Positions 29,301 to 37,685 are shown, counted from the stretch's first letter. The stretch is DNA of 64,000 nt from Candidatus Omnitrophota bacterium (GCA_015233115.1 JADFYJ010000003.1:104536-168535); one strand, 5' to 3'. Made by a program: numbers and translations. Notes: generated by a model from the sequence alone, not told the origin.

Positions 29301-30376
29301 TTTCGGGCGAATATCCGGAAAATTGGGCGGGACAAGTTAAAGCGTTGCTGGAAGGCGGCCAAGGTTATGTGGTTTTAGATGCGGCGGATCAAGACTCGAA
29401 AATAAGTTCTCGGTTTAACCGGGCTTTTAAAAGAGTTGAAGATATAAATGCGCGGTCTTTTTCCGGTGAATTTTCCGTTTACCCCGGAAGCTTGAATAAA
29501 CTTTTTTATGTCAGAGATGAGGCGATGATTTCAGATGAGGGAGACAGAAGTCAGGGATTGAATTCGTTCAGCGCTCCTGAGGAAAAATTGGAATTTGTTT
29601 ATAAAAAAATGATGGCGGAAAACGCTGGTCCAGTCAAAATGAAAGACAAAGCCTATCAACTGTCCAAAGAAATACTACAGCATCATATTCAGAAGGTCGC
29701 GGTAGTGGGAAAAGGATTATATTATCTGCCAATTTTTTTAGCTTTATCCGGATTGGAAGTTGTTTTTATAGACATGGATGCTTCGGTTAAAAATAATATG
29801 GATGCTTATATCAAATATTGCGAGGAAATATTTGGAGTTAGCGCGTTGAACTATCGGTCATATCAATTGGAATTTGGGAGCAGGGAAGGCGGGGTGGCAT
29901 TGCGCGGTGAAATGAATAAATTTGATTTGGTTACTATGGTTGATTTAGTCGGCGGCATCCCTCACGGCGTTGCTGGTTGGGCGGAACAAACCAAGGCATT
30001 ATTAAAAAATGGGAAGGGTTACGCGGTTTTAGATGTCGCGGAATTTTCGAATGAAAAAGCTCAATTAGAGTCTCGCTTTGCGGAGGTTTTTCCAAAATTG
30101 GCAAAAATATCCGGCGCTTATCAGGGAGAATATCTGACATTTCCCAGAAGTACAAATGTCCTTTTTTCCACCGGAGATGAAGAAGTAAACCCGGCTCAGG
30201 AGCGGGCTCCCGGCGGGATTGATTTTAATTCACAGTATTTAAATTTAAAAACCCGCGGCCAATCCGTGGATTTGAGTGTTGACCCCGCTCAACTGCAGCA
30301 AATTAATATTGAAGGTTTAATACCGGTCATCACTTCTATTGCCCTGGTCCCAAATCTTTCAGAAGTCCTTCGTTAG
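23357..30376 (+). CDS. Giant secreted multidomain protein (HAD-like hydrolase domain, His-kinase-type ATPase-like segment, two tandem ~190-aa Rossmann-like repeats)
   Basis: 2339-aa uninterrupted ORF; signal peptide MFKKSIVYFLICIFVLQNIVIPVRAHA; HAD motifs FVFDWDDT and IGDGSSDMRGAREAG; HATPase_c-like HGIGLPFAVRVFQRMGGKVEI; internal duplication with identical 26-mer tttgatttggttactatggttgattt at ~29275 and ~29921. Confidence 0.6.
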   Translation: MFKKSIVYFLICIFVLQNIVIPVRAHAQVSSVSASANVPFVPPLLSGIIVDSQKPFKFDFLLDTGNRKLNQEEMKSISNQLIKYFLAALTIPENKLWVNLSPAEPKRIVDTQLGQTAMGQEMLAEDFLLKKLTASVLSPENEAGRKFWDAVYEKIYENRREKTEERQATKNKATPSIVSNLSALVYPLSSDNFDIPVDILSRVWIVPSEAEIYQNGNKAYVVKARLKVMTERDYLRTQRDEKNKLIQENIIPVLEKEVNEGEQFAPLRQIYYSYILAMWYKKTLHNSIVANYADKQKISGIENGSPANIQKIYDQYLTAFRKGTQGIIKEEYDLNSQQIVPRKYLTGGVILQGKYKVNPDGAMLLKPYGQIFQVAGNFENSNLTDHAMINNLTATNDVPAMSLDYWKLKQMGLRQIGGGEQTQVESMEGWPFVVKSFWPYLTDREKNVAIYGYDVTGKSAGGLVAEFVYVKNYLNEVEKIIMRKAERTVDGELTRLIKEKHIKESKKILDEYFDLLSNLIRRGLFPWDAGFQHIGIIEGKQVVIDPGVFVKINDPLRWNSLALQLESRKETLEDQFHSPELADYFQTLIDAKGFTLNKIAESVGKIYGLDSPQSMPDISQDIAESITAADLENDRAMMVKKSVEAASAAQGRSIQEIPLISQVQKRKPIPDDVKIFVFDWDDTISKAVSEAASYIQAPVLAMLMTGKENSADLTAEEIEHGRQFFMNTLGRTDEQRYQDAIAFSSGKSEHFQIKELLKQYYKNQADFIASHLADWRREMNKHLVPGVLDFILTLREYGYKMYILSANAYLNELKVVDALGMGSYFFELKNVTNAGENNADFSKGAELEKLALREEVRPDQIVMIGDGSSDMRGAREAGTISLAVAEEFNKQLSMAEKFDPHIIIPDFRDVGTLVKILQLKAQQPLVAGDEKIISSSVVLPETRELFHWLNISMERTDVSLPYQLVLRPFFLNKRKTDFEDVMAPKPAGVKERYLAALPVPVPQRISIEKFSTQIKDPQTAKTGIELVLRRVRQLINAGQWIGPFGGYAKIKEYAVNVINDSAMIGDNSKARSYLKAARGRVLEYDPFLAALIIGHGGPLDFERDLSKYFKSFIKIKDHYNLQSFNFGEEVAIKEFDRYQTMSIDELGSVVSASLGAITRLQNVLESEAKNLSLKTLNKNLNDDAVRRERYFKELQRRYTSLFANKNFYEDNKAEIADYIKQYYVNTTIMMRAFWSKIEAKGWLNDDDPEVKEAWRDIKGFFDKWIPNFEHLAMFLDENFVNTWKKEGVTIDNLNNWLDPKDQIWDSKGNKYQVTFHGTQNKLEAFWPDKLVHLAIERLISNGYHAIEKNAAELDDQLEHVDLYLEQNEELAQKGQVKISIENPGRISYKVVTKDQISPIMDWELFCKYVIMSGWGWQINENEVRLGQWDQEHLKAYFESKAEQLLPILEHAQERSGLELDPEKGLPQILLLDHTRFNYSHGIGLPFAVRVFQRMGGKVEIKNTEHGKIPYTRFEITLPLSPENVFNDHAMMGRGHDASLEEMYRPTLWSEKESQLIGAEIAEETGWVESTPKNVFIPPDLKKQFSWMGDNPITVYSSAFARNIKCMVKIGYLFFMAEADYDDLPADIQTQIKHNVIWTQEYLPKTLLDHPQAWATILSMMMADLSAFHTIVEDQGEGILSAVALKLGVAKALIVSSQGDQKATINKNLYVNGINEEQVEIAAGTMARPEFLGEYLDDSLGKVIVVSNGEAHGSEKRQQIFNFIERFKDDLNTKAVILGSYAVDDEGAQAMRFDLNFALRKGLVTDNIFFKSPLVQVDNMAALFIPVHTLEMPAGLESKNFPYEQDKAMISDGQTLSQISASLDKLNYVYQAMIQRKADMSRVKAADILAEDILRHDIHKVVVVGTGLTYLPVLLSLSGLEVIFIDNDEAKKEAIDIYVHYWAEQFHVNVNYRSYKVAFGSSEAAAALKEDLNRFDLVTMVDFSGEYPENWAGQVKALLEGGQGYVVLDAADQDSKISSRFNRAFKRVEDINARSFSGEFSVYPGSLNKLFYVRDEAMISDEGDRSQGLNSFSAPEEKLEFVYKKMMAENAGPVKMKDKAYQLSKEILQHHIQKVAVVGKGLYYLPIFLALSGLEVVFIDMDASVKNNMDAYIKYCEEIFGVSALNYRSYQLEFGSREGGVALRGEMNKFDLVTMVDLVGGIPHGVAGWAEQTKALLKNGKGYAVLDVAEFSNEKAQLESRFAEVFPKLAKISGAYQGEYLTFPRSTNVLFSTGDEEVNPAQERAPGGIDFNSQYLNLKTRGQSVDLSVDPAQLQQINIEGLIPVITSIALVPNLSEVLR

Positions 30377-30492
30377 TTAAATAATGGCTAAAATCTTTAA
30401 TTGCGCTAATTGATTGGCTTAATTATGGCTAATTAAGTTGACAGGTTGGCTTAATTATGGCAAAATTATCCTGGATTATATGAAAGGAAATT

Positions 30493-31632
30493 ATGTTTAT
30501 TCAACGTGCCATAGCTGATTCTATTGAAAAACGGATTTTCCAAGATAATAAAATTATTATTCTTTATGGGCCCCGTCAATCAGGAAAAACAACGCTGGTT
30601 AAAAAAATTCTTGAGAATTTTTCTCATTTGAAAATTTTATCAATCAGCGGTGATGAATTAAAATATACAAATATTTTGTCTTCCCAGGATTTCGATAAAC
30701 TAAAATTATTGGTAACCGGTTATGACCTTCTTTTCCTCGATGAAGCTCAGCGGATACCCAACATCGGCATTAACCTAAAAATTCTTCACGATAATTTGCC
30801 TGATTTAAAAATTATTGCCACTGGCTCGTCTTCGTTTGATTTGGCTAATAAAATTAAAGAGCCGTTAACCGGTAGGACTTGGACGTACACGTTATTTCCG
30901 ATTTCAGTTCAAGAGCTGGCAGTTAAAAACAATTCTTTTGAAATTGACCAACTTAAAGAACAACTTTTGGTTTTTGGATCCTATCCCAATATTTTTTCTA
31001 TTGAAAATATTAACAATAAAAAGCAATATTTGATAGAACTCGCGACTTCATATCTTTATAAAGATGTCTTAGAATTCGCGGCGATTAAACACGCTAGTAA
31101 AATTCACGATCTTTTAAAACTGCTGGCTTTTCAAATAGGATCAGAAGTGTCTATCACTGAACTCGCCCTGAATTTAGGCATCAATAAAGATACCGTTAAT
31201 ACATATATTGATTTACTTGAGAAAGCTTTTGTGGTGTTTCGTTTATCCGGATTCAGCCGCAACTTGCGTAAAGAAATTACTAAAATGGATAAAATTTATT
31301 TTTATGATCTTGGCGTGCGAAATATTATCATTGAAAATCTAAATTTTTTAGACAGCCGCGACGATGTCGGTAAATTATGGGAAAATTTTTTGATGATTGA
31401 ACGGAAAAAACATTCCATTTACAATCAAATATTTTCTGGCCAGTATTTTTGGCGTACCTATTCGGGAAGTGAGTTAGACTATATTGAAGAACGGGATGGT
31501 AAATTATTCGGATATGAATTTAAATATTCGTTTAAAAAACATTCGAAAGCCCCTGCGGCTTGGATCAAAACTTATCCGGAAAGTTCGTTTGAGTGTGTTG
31601 ATCAAAATAATTGGCAAAAATTTGTGATTTAA
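30493..31632 (+). CDS. AAA+ ATPase with DUF4143 domain
   Basis: Walker A IIILYGPRQSGKTTL, Walker B LLFLDEAQRIPN, DUF4143-like C-terminus. Confidence 0.65.
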   Translation: MFIQRAIADSIEKRIFQDNKIIILYGPRQSGKTTLVKKILENFSHLKILSISGDELKYTNILSSQDFDKLKLLVTGYDLLFLDEAQRIPNIGINLKILHDNLPDLKIIATGSSSFDLANKIKEPLTGRTWTYTLFPISVQELAVKNNSFEIDQLKEQLLVFGSYPNIFSIENINNKKQYLIELATSYLYKDVLEFAAIKHASKIHDLLKLLAFQIGSEVSITELALNLGINKDTVNTYIDLLEKAFVVFRLSGFSRNLRKEITKMDKIYFYDLGVRNIIIENLNFLDSRDDVGKLWENFLMIERKKHSIYNQIFSGQYFWRTYSGSELDYIEERDGKLFGYEFKYSFKKHSKAPAAWIKTYPESSFECVDQNNWQKFVI

Positions 31633-31734
31633 TTCAAAGTATTATTTAAAATTAAAGTTAATTTATTATATTGCGGTCAGTTTACTTTTCGATACCATGT
31701 TACCCGGTATCCATTTAAAATAAGAGGAGAGAGC

Positions 31735-32046
31735 ATGCCACAAGATTTAGGAAAAACTTCTTTGGGGCTGGACCCCAAAATGGTTGCGGTCATGGGATAC
31801 AGCGTCGGATGGGTGACGGGTATAGTTTTTTATCTTTTGGAATCAGAGAACAAATACGTCAGATTTCACGCGGCGCAATCGATGGTCGTGTTCGGGGTTT
31901 TTAATATTCTGATATATTTGCCTTTTGTGGGTTTGTTGGTGGGAGCGGCTGGAGTTGTGGTGTGGATTTTGCTTATGGTGAAAGCTTACCAAGGGGTGTA
32001 CTATAAACTGCCGTTTGCGGGGGATATGGCAGAGAAATATAAATAA
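31735..32046 (+). CDS. Small membrane protein, DUF4870-like
   Basis: 103 aa, 2-3 TM, conserved-looking RFHAAQSMVVFGVF; AAGAGGAGAGAG RBS. Confidence 0.4.
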   Translation: MPQDLGKTSLGLDPKMVAVMGYSVGWVTGIVFYLLESENKYVRFHAAQSMVVFGVFNILIYLPFVGLLVGAAGVVVWILLMVKAYQGVYYKLPFAGDMAEKYK

Positions 32047-32055
32047 TAGATAAGC

Positions 32056-32183
32056 GTCGTAGGGGCGATCTCCCGATCGCCCGTTAATAAATTTTTTATT
32101 TTTGGCTTTTGTTTTTAAAATTAATTTATTGAAAAAAGCGATAATTTTGTGACGGGCGATCGGGCGATCTCCCCTACGAACGA
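32056..32183 (+). repeat. GC-rich hairpin element pair in TIR arrangement (GGGCGATC-TCCC-GATCGCCC family)
   Basis: 32056-32087 GTCGTAGGGGCGATCTCCCGATCGCCCGTTAA and inverted copy 32150-32183 flank a 62-bp AT-rich core containing GAAAAAAGCGATAA. Confidence 0.75.
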
Positions 32184-32207
32184 AAAAAAATATATAAGGA
32201 CCAGTTT

Positions 32208-33716
32208 ATGTATTTTAAATTTTTAATTTTTTTTTGTGCCGGCTTATTGAATGTCGGACATACGTTCGCTTCGGATGAAAGCCGTTTATATAATCCGGTG
32301 TCCGTGCCGTATTTTCGGGTATTGGCTCAAGTCCGGGAATCCGAAAGGAAATTGGTTTTTTCTCCTTCCGCGGATTCTTTATTTGATGTTTTAACTCAAG
32401 TGGATGGGTTGCAAAAAGAATTTTTAAAAATTCATTCTAAAGCGGAAGAAGTGGTTGATCCTTCCTTGTTGGAAAAATTAAATCAGGGAATTATTCGGTT
32501 TCAGCAGGATTTAACCAATAACAAAAATATTATTGAGCAAAATAGTGAGCTGGCCCAGGCCCAGGCTAACGCGTTCGCGAGAATATTGGTAGAGTTGAAA
32601 CAATGGCGCAAAGATGTTAAAGGCCGTGCGGAGCAAGTGATCGCTTCATCAAGGAAATCCGGCGGGGATATGGATCCGGTGGCGTTATGGGTTAACCGGA
32701 CAAATGTTTTAAATCTTTTGGTTGAATCTGTACAGGAAATTCAGATCGGAGCGGGTAAAGCATTTTCGAGTGAACAGAAAAAAAATTCGGAAGTTAAAGT
32801 CCATTTGGACCAGGTGGTTGAAACTATTAAAGTATTAAGCGTTAACTTTGATCAACCTGAAGACTTGAAACGTGTTGAAAAAATTAAGTACGCGTTTAAT
32901 GAATTTGACCGGGCGACTGTTCAATATTTAGCTTCATCTCAAAAATTTCAGGAAAAACTCAGCGGCACCTGGGATAGTCTCAATGATTTGGAACGGTTGA
33001 GCGCTGTCGTATTTTCGTCGAAAAAGATCAATGCCTCAGCCGTTGGACCCAACAGTTCCGGCCTTTTGATGACATTATTTATTCCGCTAGCCGTTGGCAT
33101 CGCGATTATTTTGATTGTCATGGCCATTGTCATTAAACCCATGCGTAAAATAGAGCAAATGATAAAAAACACATCTATTTCTCCTGCTGTGAAAGTAGAA
33201 TCGTTGGAGAGATCATCCCCTGCGGTTTTGGCAGCGGAAGGACATTTTCCGACGCCAGAACAGATTAAGATGGTTGAACAGCCTAAATTCGCGCCTATCC
33301 GTGGTTTGCCGCCAGCGGCTAAAAATCAGATTAAGGCCCTTAAAGAAATTGTTTTTCAGGCGAATTTGTTTCCGTTAAGCAAAGTGGTTGATAACGCGCG
33401 ATTAGGAATATATGGAACTGCTTTGGAGAAAGAAGCTCAGGGATTATGCCTGTCAGCGAAAAAATTAACTCAATTAGAACATCAGGCAGAACAAGGGATC
33501 TATGCTGAAACGGAATATTTGAAAAAAGGCGAAGATTATTCTGTTCAGACCCGTGAAGTTTTTGAAGGAATAGTTATTTTAGCCCAAGCGATAAGGGAAA
33601 GTTTTGACCGTTTAGTCAAAGGGGTTAAAGAACAAAGTCATGGCGGGGAGGAAAAATTTCCCTCATCAGAAAATTTAGAGAGAGCCATCGGACAATTCTA
33701 TGAACAGAGGCGATGA
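32208..33716 (+). CDS. Hypothetical bitopic membrane protein (signal peptide, ~270-aa coiled-coil periplasmic part, TM, ~200-aa cytoplasmic part)
   Basis: Signal peptide MYFKFLIFFCAGLLNVGHTFA; central TM LLMTLFIPLAVGIAIILIVMAIVI; overlaps ptsP start by 17 nt. Confidence 0.5.
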   Translation: MYFKFLIFFCAGLLNVGHTFASDESRLYNPVSVPYFRVLAQVRESERKLVFSPSADSLFDVLTQVDGLQKEFLKIHSKAEEVVDPSLLEKLNQGIIRFQQDLTNNKNIIEQNSELAQAQANAFARILVELKQWRKDVKGRAEQVIASSRKSGGDMDPVALWVNRTNVLNLLVESVQEIQIGAGKAFSSEQKKNSEVKVHLDQVVETIKVLSVNFDQPEDLKRVEKIKYAFNEFDRATVQYLASSQKFQEKLSGTWDSLNDLERLSAVVFSSKKINASAVGPNSSGLLMTLFIPLAVGIAIILIVMAIVIKPMRKIEQMIKNTSISPAVKVESLERSSPAVLAAEGHFPTPEQIKMVEQPKFAPIRGLPPAAKNQIKALKEIVFQANLFPLSKVVDNARLGIYGTALEKEAQGLCLSAKKLTQLEHQAEQGIYAETEYLKKGEDYSVQTREVFEGIVILAQAIRESFDRLVKGVKEQSHGGEEKFPSSENLERAIGQFYEQRR

Positions 33717-35964
33717 CGCAAAATTGATTTGTGATATAGCCGAACTTACTGCCTTATTTTCCGACGCGCAGAGTTTAGAAACATTGTTTGAACGGACAGT
33801 CAAGATGATCGCGCAGCATATGCATTCGGAAGTCTGTTCGATTTATTTGTTCTCTGACGCGGAGCAGGAATTAATTTTAAAAGCGAATACGGGGTTAAAC
33901 CCGGATTTGATCGGCAAGGTGCGCATGAAGCTGGGGGAAGGATTAACCGGTTTGGCGTTGAAAGATTTTACTCCCGTCTGCGAACGTCAGGCCAGCAAGA
34001 ACCCCAATTTTAAATTTTTTGTCGGCCTGGGAGAAGAGTTGTTTGAATCGTTTTTAGCTGTACCTATCGCCCGCGGCCGCGTGCGGATTGGCGTATTGGT
34101 GGTTCAAAATAAACAAAGTCATTATTTTACTGAGCGGGATATTACGGTTTTAAAAGCGATCAGTTCTCAATTAGGGAATACCATTGAGATGGTACGGCTG
34201 ATTATGGCTGTAGATGAGCCGGAGGCCCAGTCTCAGGCTTTGGAACAAAAACCAGAATTAAAATTTGTAAAAGGGAAAGTCGGGTCTAAAGGTTTTGGGT
34301 ATGCACCAGTTTTTGTTTTAGATGTAAAGCAAAGTTTATGGGACCGGTATCGGACTTATTTTGATAAGGTGTATACACGGGAAGATGTTTTGACTGCGGT
34401 GAAGACGACTGAGGATCAGTTGCGGCACATGCAAAAACAGGTTGAAGTGGCGCTGTTCGATGTGGCGTCTTTGATTTTTTCCGCGCAGATTTTAATGCTT
34501 AAAGATCAGGTATTTATTAACGCGATCACGGAGCGGGTTAAGCAGGGCGCTCCAGCGGTCCGCGCGATTATTGATGTTCTCAATGATTATGTTAAAAAAT
34601 TCGAGGCTGTTCCGAACGCGTATTTACGGGAAAAAAGCCGGGATGTGATTGATATTGGCCGGCGCTTTTTGAATAATTTAGTAGGGGTTGATAAAAAAGA
34701 AAATGATTTTCATGATCGGATTGTGGTCGCGGATGAGCTTTATCCGTCGGATATTCTAAAGCTGTATTCGCAAAAAGTTCAGGGCGTTGTGGTTTTACAT
34801 GGCGGGGAAACCGCGCATGTTTCGATTCTCGCACAGTCCCTGCAGATTCCTCTGATTATCGCGGATGTCAGAGATTTATTGAGATTAAACAGGGATGACC
34901 GGATTTTGCTTGACGCGGAACAAGGAAATATTTACGTTAATCCTTCTGAAGAAGTTGTGGGGAATTTTAAGGCCAAGATGCGGCTGGAAGATGAGCTTAA
35001 AACTGTAAAAAATTTATTAGTGGATCAGGTGAGCACGTCTGACGGAATACAGATTCATTTGATGGCGAATATTAATTTGTTGGGAGAAGTTCCCCGTGCC
35101 TTAGAATTTAAAGCGGAAGGCGTGGGATTGTACCGTACCGAATTTCCGTTTATCGTTAGAAGTGATTTTCCGTCGGAAGAAGAACAATATGTGATCTACC
35201 GTAAACTCGTTGAACAGATGCAGGGTAAAGAAATTACGTTCCGTACTCTGGACATAGGGGGAGATAAAGTATTGTCGTATTTTGATGATCATCAGAAGGA
35301 AAAAAATCCTTATCTGGGTTTGCGGTCAATCCGTTTTTCTTTACGCCATAAAGATATTTTTAATCAGCAGATCCGGGCTATTTTACGGGCTGGAGTTAAC
35401 GGAAATGTCCGGATCATGTTTCCTATGGTGGGATCTTTGGATGAATTCATGGATGCGAAACAGCTTGTTTTAGACGGTATTCATTCGTTTAAAGCGGCCC
35501 ATATTCCGCATAATGCGGCGCCGCGGATTGGGATGATGGTAGAAATACCGTCGGTGATCAGCATTATAGATGATTTCGTGAAAGTCGCGGATTTTTTAAG
35601 TATTGGCACGAATGATTTTATTCAGTACATGCTCGCGGTAGACCGTTCAAATGAAAAAGTCGCGGATCTATATATTCCTTATCATCCGGCAGTGTTGCGT
35701 GGGTTCCAAACTATTGTCGTAGCGGCACAGAAACAGCATAAGGATGTTTCGGTGTGCGGGGATATGGCACATGATCCGCGGTTCGTCCCATTTTTTATCG
35801 GCATAGGAGTAAGAAAATTAAGTATTAATCCCAACAACATGTACAAAATTCAACAAGCGGTTAAAAATGTTTCGTTAAAAGGCGCGGAACTTTTTGCGCA
35901 GGAAGTTTTAGCATTAAGCCGTATTGATGATTTGGCTAAAAAATTTGGAGAAAGGATCGCATGA
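33700..35964 (+). CDS. ptsP: GAF-domain phosphoenolpyruvate-protein phosphotransferase (EI-Ntr type)
   Basis: N-terminal GAF, then PEP-utilising enzyme I with LGLRSIRF and PEP-binding domain. Confidence 0.8.
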   Translation: MNRGDDAKLICDIAELTALFSDAQSLETLFERTVKMIAQHMHSEVCSIYLFSDAEQELILKANTGLNPDLIGKVRMKLGEGLTGLALKDFTPVCERQASKNPNFKFFVGLGEELFESFLAVPIARGRVRIGVLVVQNKQSHYFTERDITVLKAISSQLGNTIEMVRLIMAVDEPEAQSQALEQKPELKFVKGKVGSKGFGYAPVFVLDVKQSLWDRYRTYFDKVYTREDVLTAVKTTEDQLRHMQKQVEVALFDVASLIFSAQILMLKDQVFINAITERVKQGAPAVRAIIDVLNDYVKKFEAVPNAYLREKSRDVIDIGRRFLNNLVGVDKKENDFHDRIVVADELYPSDILKLYSQKVQGVVVLHGGETAHVSILAQSLQIPLIIADVRDLLRLNRDDRILLDAEQGNIYVNPSEEVVGNFKAKMRLEDELKTVKNLLVDQVSTSDGIQIHLMANINLLGEVPRALEFKAEGVGLYRTEFPFIVRSDFPSEEEQYVIYRKLVEQMQGKEITFRTLDIGGDKVLSYFDDHQKEKNPYLGLRSIRFSLRHKDIFNQQIRAILRAGVNGNVRIMFPMVGSLDEFMDAKQLVLDGIHSFKAAHIPHNAAPRIGMMVEIPSVISIIDDFVKVADFLSIGTNDFIQYMLAVDRSNEKVADLYIPYHPAVLRGFQTIVVAAQKQHKDVSVCGDMAHDPRFVPFFIGIGVRKLSINPNNMYKIQQAVKNVSLKGAELFAQEVLALSRIDDLAKKFGERIA

Positions 35965-36581
35965 TCATGCAACACCTGGAGTACATTGTCATGGATGTGG
36001 AGACGACCGGACTTTATCCGGATAAGGGAGATCGGATTCTGGAGATAGCGGCAATCAAATGGACGAATGGCAAGATTAAGGGTGAATTTCATTCGATGAT
36101 CAATCCGCAGCGGCCATTGTCTTTTGAAGCCCAGCGGATTAATCATATTACCGACGACATGATTAAAGGCGCGCCCGTATCGAGTGAAATTTTACCGCAA
36201 TTAATTGAATTTGTGGGCGGGGGATGTGTGGTCGGGCATAATATTAAATTTGATCTTAATTTTATTTGTTACGAATTATCAAAGTGTTCACGGAAACTTA
36301 GGGATGAGACGCCGTCACTGGATACTTTAAAAATGGCGAGATATCTGATGCCGCATTTAAAAACATTTAAGCTTTCTGTATTGGCACAATATTTTGGAAT
36401 TCCTCTCGGAGAAACCCACCGGGCTTTGGCGGACGTAAAATTAACCGCGGATTTGTTTGGCCGGCTGGCAGAGATCGCGGGGGAGCAAAATATTTCAACG
36501 GCGAGCGAATTTGTAAAATTATTTGGCGTGGATAAACCTAAATTCGCTATGCAGTGTGTGGAACAGGGGAGCTTGTTTTAA
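35961..36581 (+). CDS. DnaQ-like 3'-5' exonuclease (DEDDh)
   Basis: Exo I VMDVETTGL, Exo II VVGHNIKFDLNF, Exo III HRALADVKLTADLF. Confidence 0.7.
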   Translation: MIMQHLEYIVMDVETTGLYPDKGDRILEIAAIKWTNGKIKGEFHSMINPQRPLSFEAQRINHITDDMIKGAPVSSEILPQLIEFVGGGCVVGHNIKFDLNFICYELSKCSRKLRDETPSLDTLKMARYLMPHLKTFKLSVLAQYFGIPLGETHRALADVKLTADLFGRLAEIAGEQNISTASEFVKLFGVDKPKFAMQCVEQGSLF

Positions 36582-36582
36582 A

Positions 36583-36625
36583 AGAGGTAAACGGGGTAAA
36601 GGTGATAAAGGTAGTAAAGGAACAA
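36583..36625 (+). repeat. Unpaired left-type array (GGTAAAG family) after exonuclease gene
   Basis: GTAAACGGGGTAAAGGTGATAAAGGTAGTAAAGG + AACAAGCGATTGG. Confidence 0.6.
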
Positions 36626-36694
36626 GCGATTGGTTAAAAAATTGTTGACCAAAAACCAACAACTAAAAACCATCAACCAATAAACAATTTATTT

Positions 36695-37423
36695 ATGAAT
36701 TTAATTCTGTTATTTGATGATGATTTTATTTCTGACCGGCGAGTCAGGTTGACGGGTAGACGACATCGGCATATTTATGAAATCCATAAGCCAGTTTTGG
36801 GTGAGACCTTAAAAGTCGGATTGTTGAATGGGAAAATGGGACAGGGTGTTGTAACCGGTATTTCTGATGAGACTGTGGACATGGCGGTTGTGTTAGACTA
36901 TGATCCTCCCCAGCCATTGGAGGCCACTCTTATGATCGCCATGCATCGGCCGATTGTACTGAAAAGAGTTTTGTACACAGCGGCGATGATGGGTGTGAAA
37001 AAAATCATTGTGTTTCATTCATACCGGGTGGAAAAAAGTTTTTGGAATAGTTCATTGTTGAAAAATGAAGAATGGAAAGACCAGCTGATTTTGGGATTAG
37101 AACAAGCGTGCGATACCGTGATGCCGGAAGTGATTTTTCAAAGAAAATTCAAGCCATTTTTTGAAGATGAGGTTCCCTCCTTAATCCGCGGCACAACAGC
37201 TTTAGTCGCGCATCCGGGCGGAAAATTATTTTGTCCTTCGACGTTATCCGTTCCTTTGACCATAGCTGTGGGACCGGAAGGTGGTTTTATTGACTATGAA
37301 GTTGACCTGTTAAAAAAAATTGGTTTTATGCCGATAGGACTGGGGCCGAGGATTTTGCGGGTTGAAACAGCTGTACCGGTGCTACTAGGAGGAATTTTAT
37401 GTGGGAATTTTATTGGTCATTAG
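36695..37423 (+). CDS. rsmE: 16S rRNA (uracil1498-N3)-methyltransferase
   Basis: RsmE/SPOUT fold; AVGPEGGF motif. Confidence 0.75.
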   Translation: MNLILLFDDDFISDRRVRLTGRRHRHIYEIHKPVLGETLKVGLLNGKMGQGVVTGISDETVDMAVVLDYDPPQPLEATLMIAMHRPIVLKRVLYTAAMMGVKKIIVFHSYRVEKSFWNSSLLKNEEWKDQLILGLEQACDTVMPEVIFQRKFKPFFEDEVPSLIRGTTALVAHPGGKLFCPSTLSVPLTIAVGPEGGFIDYEVDLLKKIGFMPIGLGPRILRVETAVPVLLGGILCGNFIGH

Positions 37424-37612
37424 CGTATATCGCGGTATTTGTGGTTTGTATTACATCCAGGATGGAACGCGGCCTAAAATTGTTTTCATTGTTGGTCATA
37501 TCATTAACTTTGCTGTGGATCCAGCACCCGGTGTGGCTGGCACGGGCAATTTATCATGTTAAAATGTTTTTCTGTTCTAAAGGGCTCTGTCATTAAAATA
37601 AATATTGGTATT

Positions 37613-37642
37613 CATGGATCCCCGATTTAAGCGTTCGGGGAT
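37613..37642 (+). repeat. GGATCCCCGA hairpin repeat, copy 2
   Basis: GGATCCCCGATTTAAGCGTTCGGGGATGACAC. Confidence 0.55.
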
Positions 37643-37655
37643 GACACGTTTAATT

Positions 37656-37685
37656 TATTTTTACATTGTCACACTGTTACGTTGT
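37656..37685 (+). repeat. Unpaired right-type array (GTGACAATG family, reverse-complement orientation)
   Basis: TTACATTGTCACACTGTTACGTTGTTACAG just upstream of small ORF. Confidence 0.6.

Noticed and set aside
37399-37596. 65-aa ORF overlapping the rsmE 3' end
   Set aside because: It overlaps rsmE in another frame and has no RBS or motif. It could be a small membrane protein but there is too little evidence to call.
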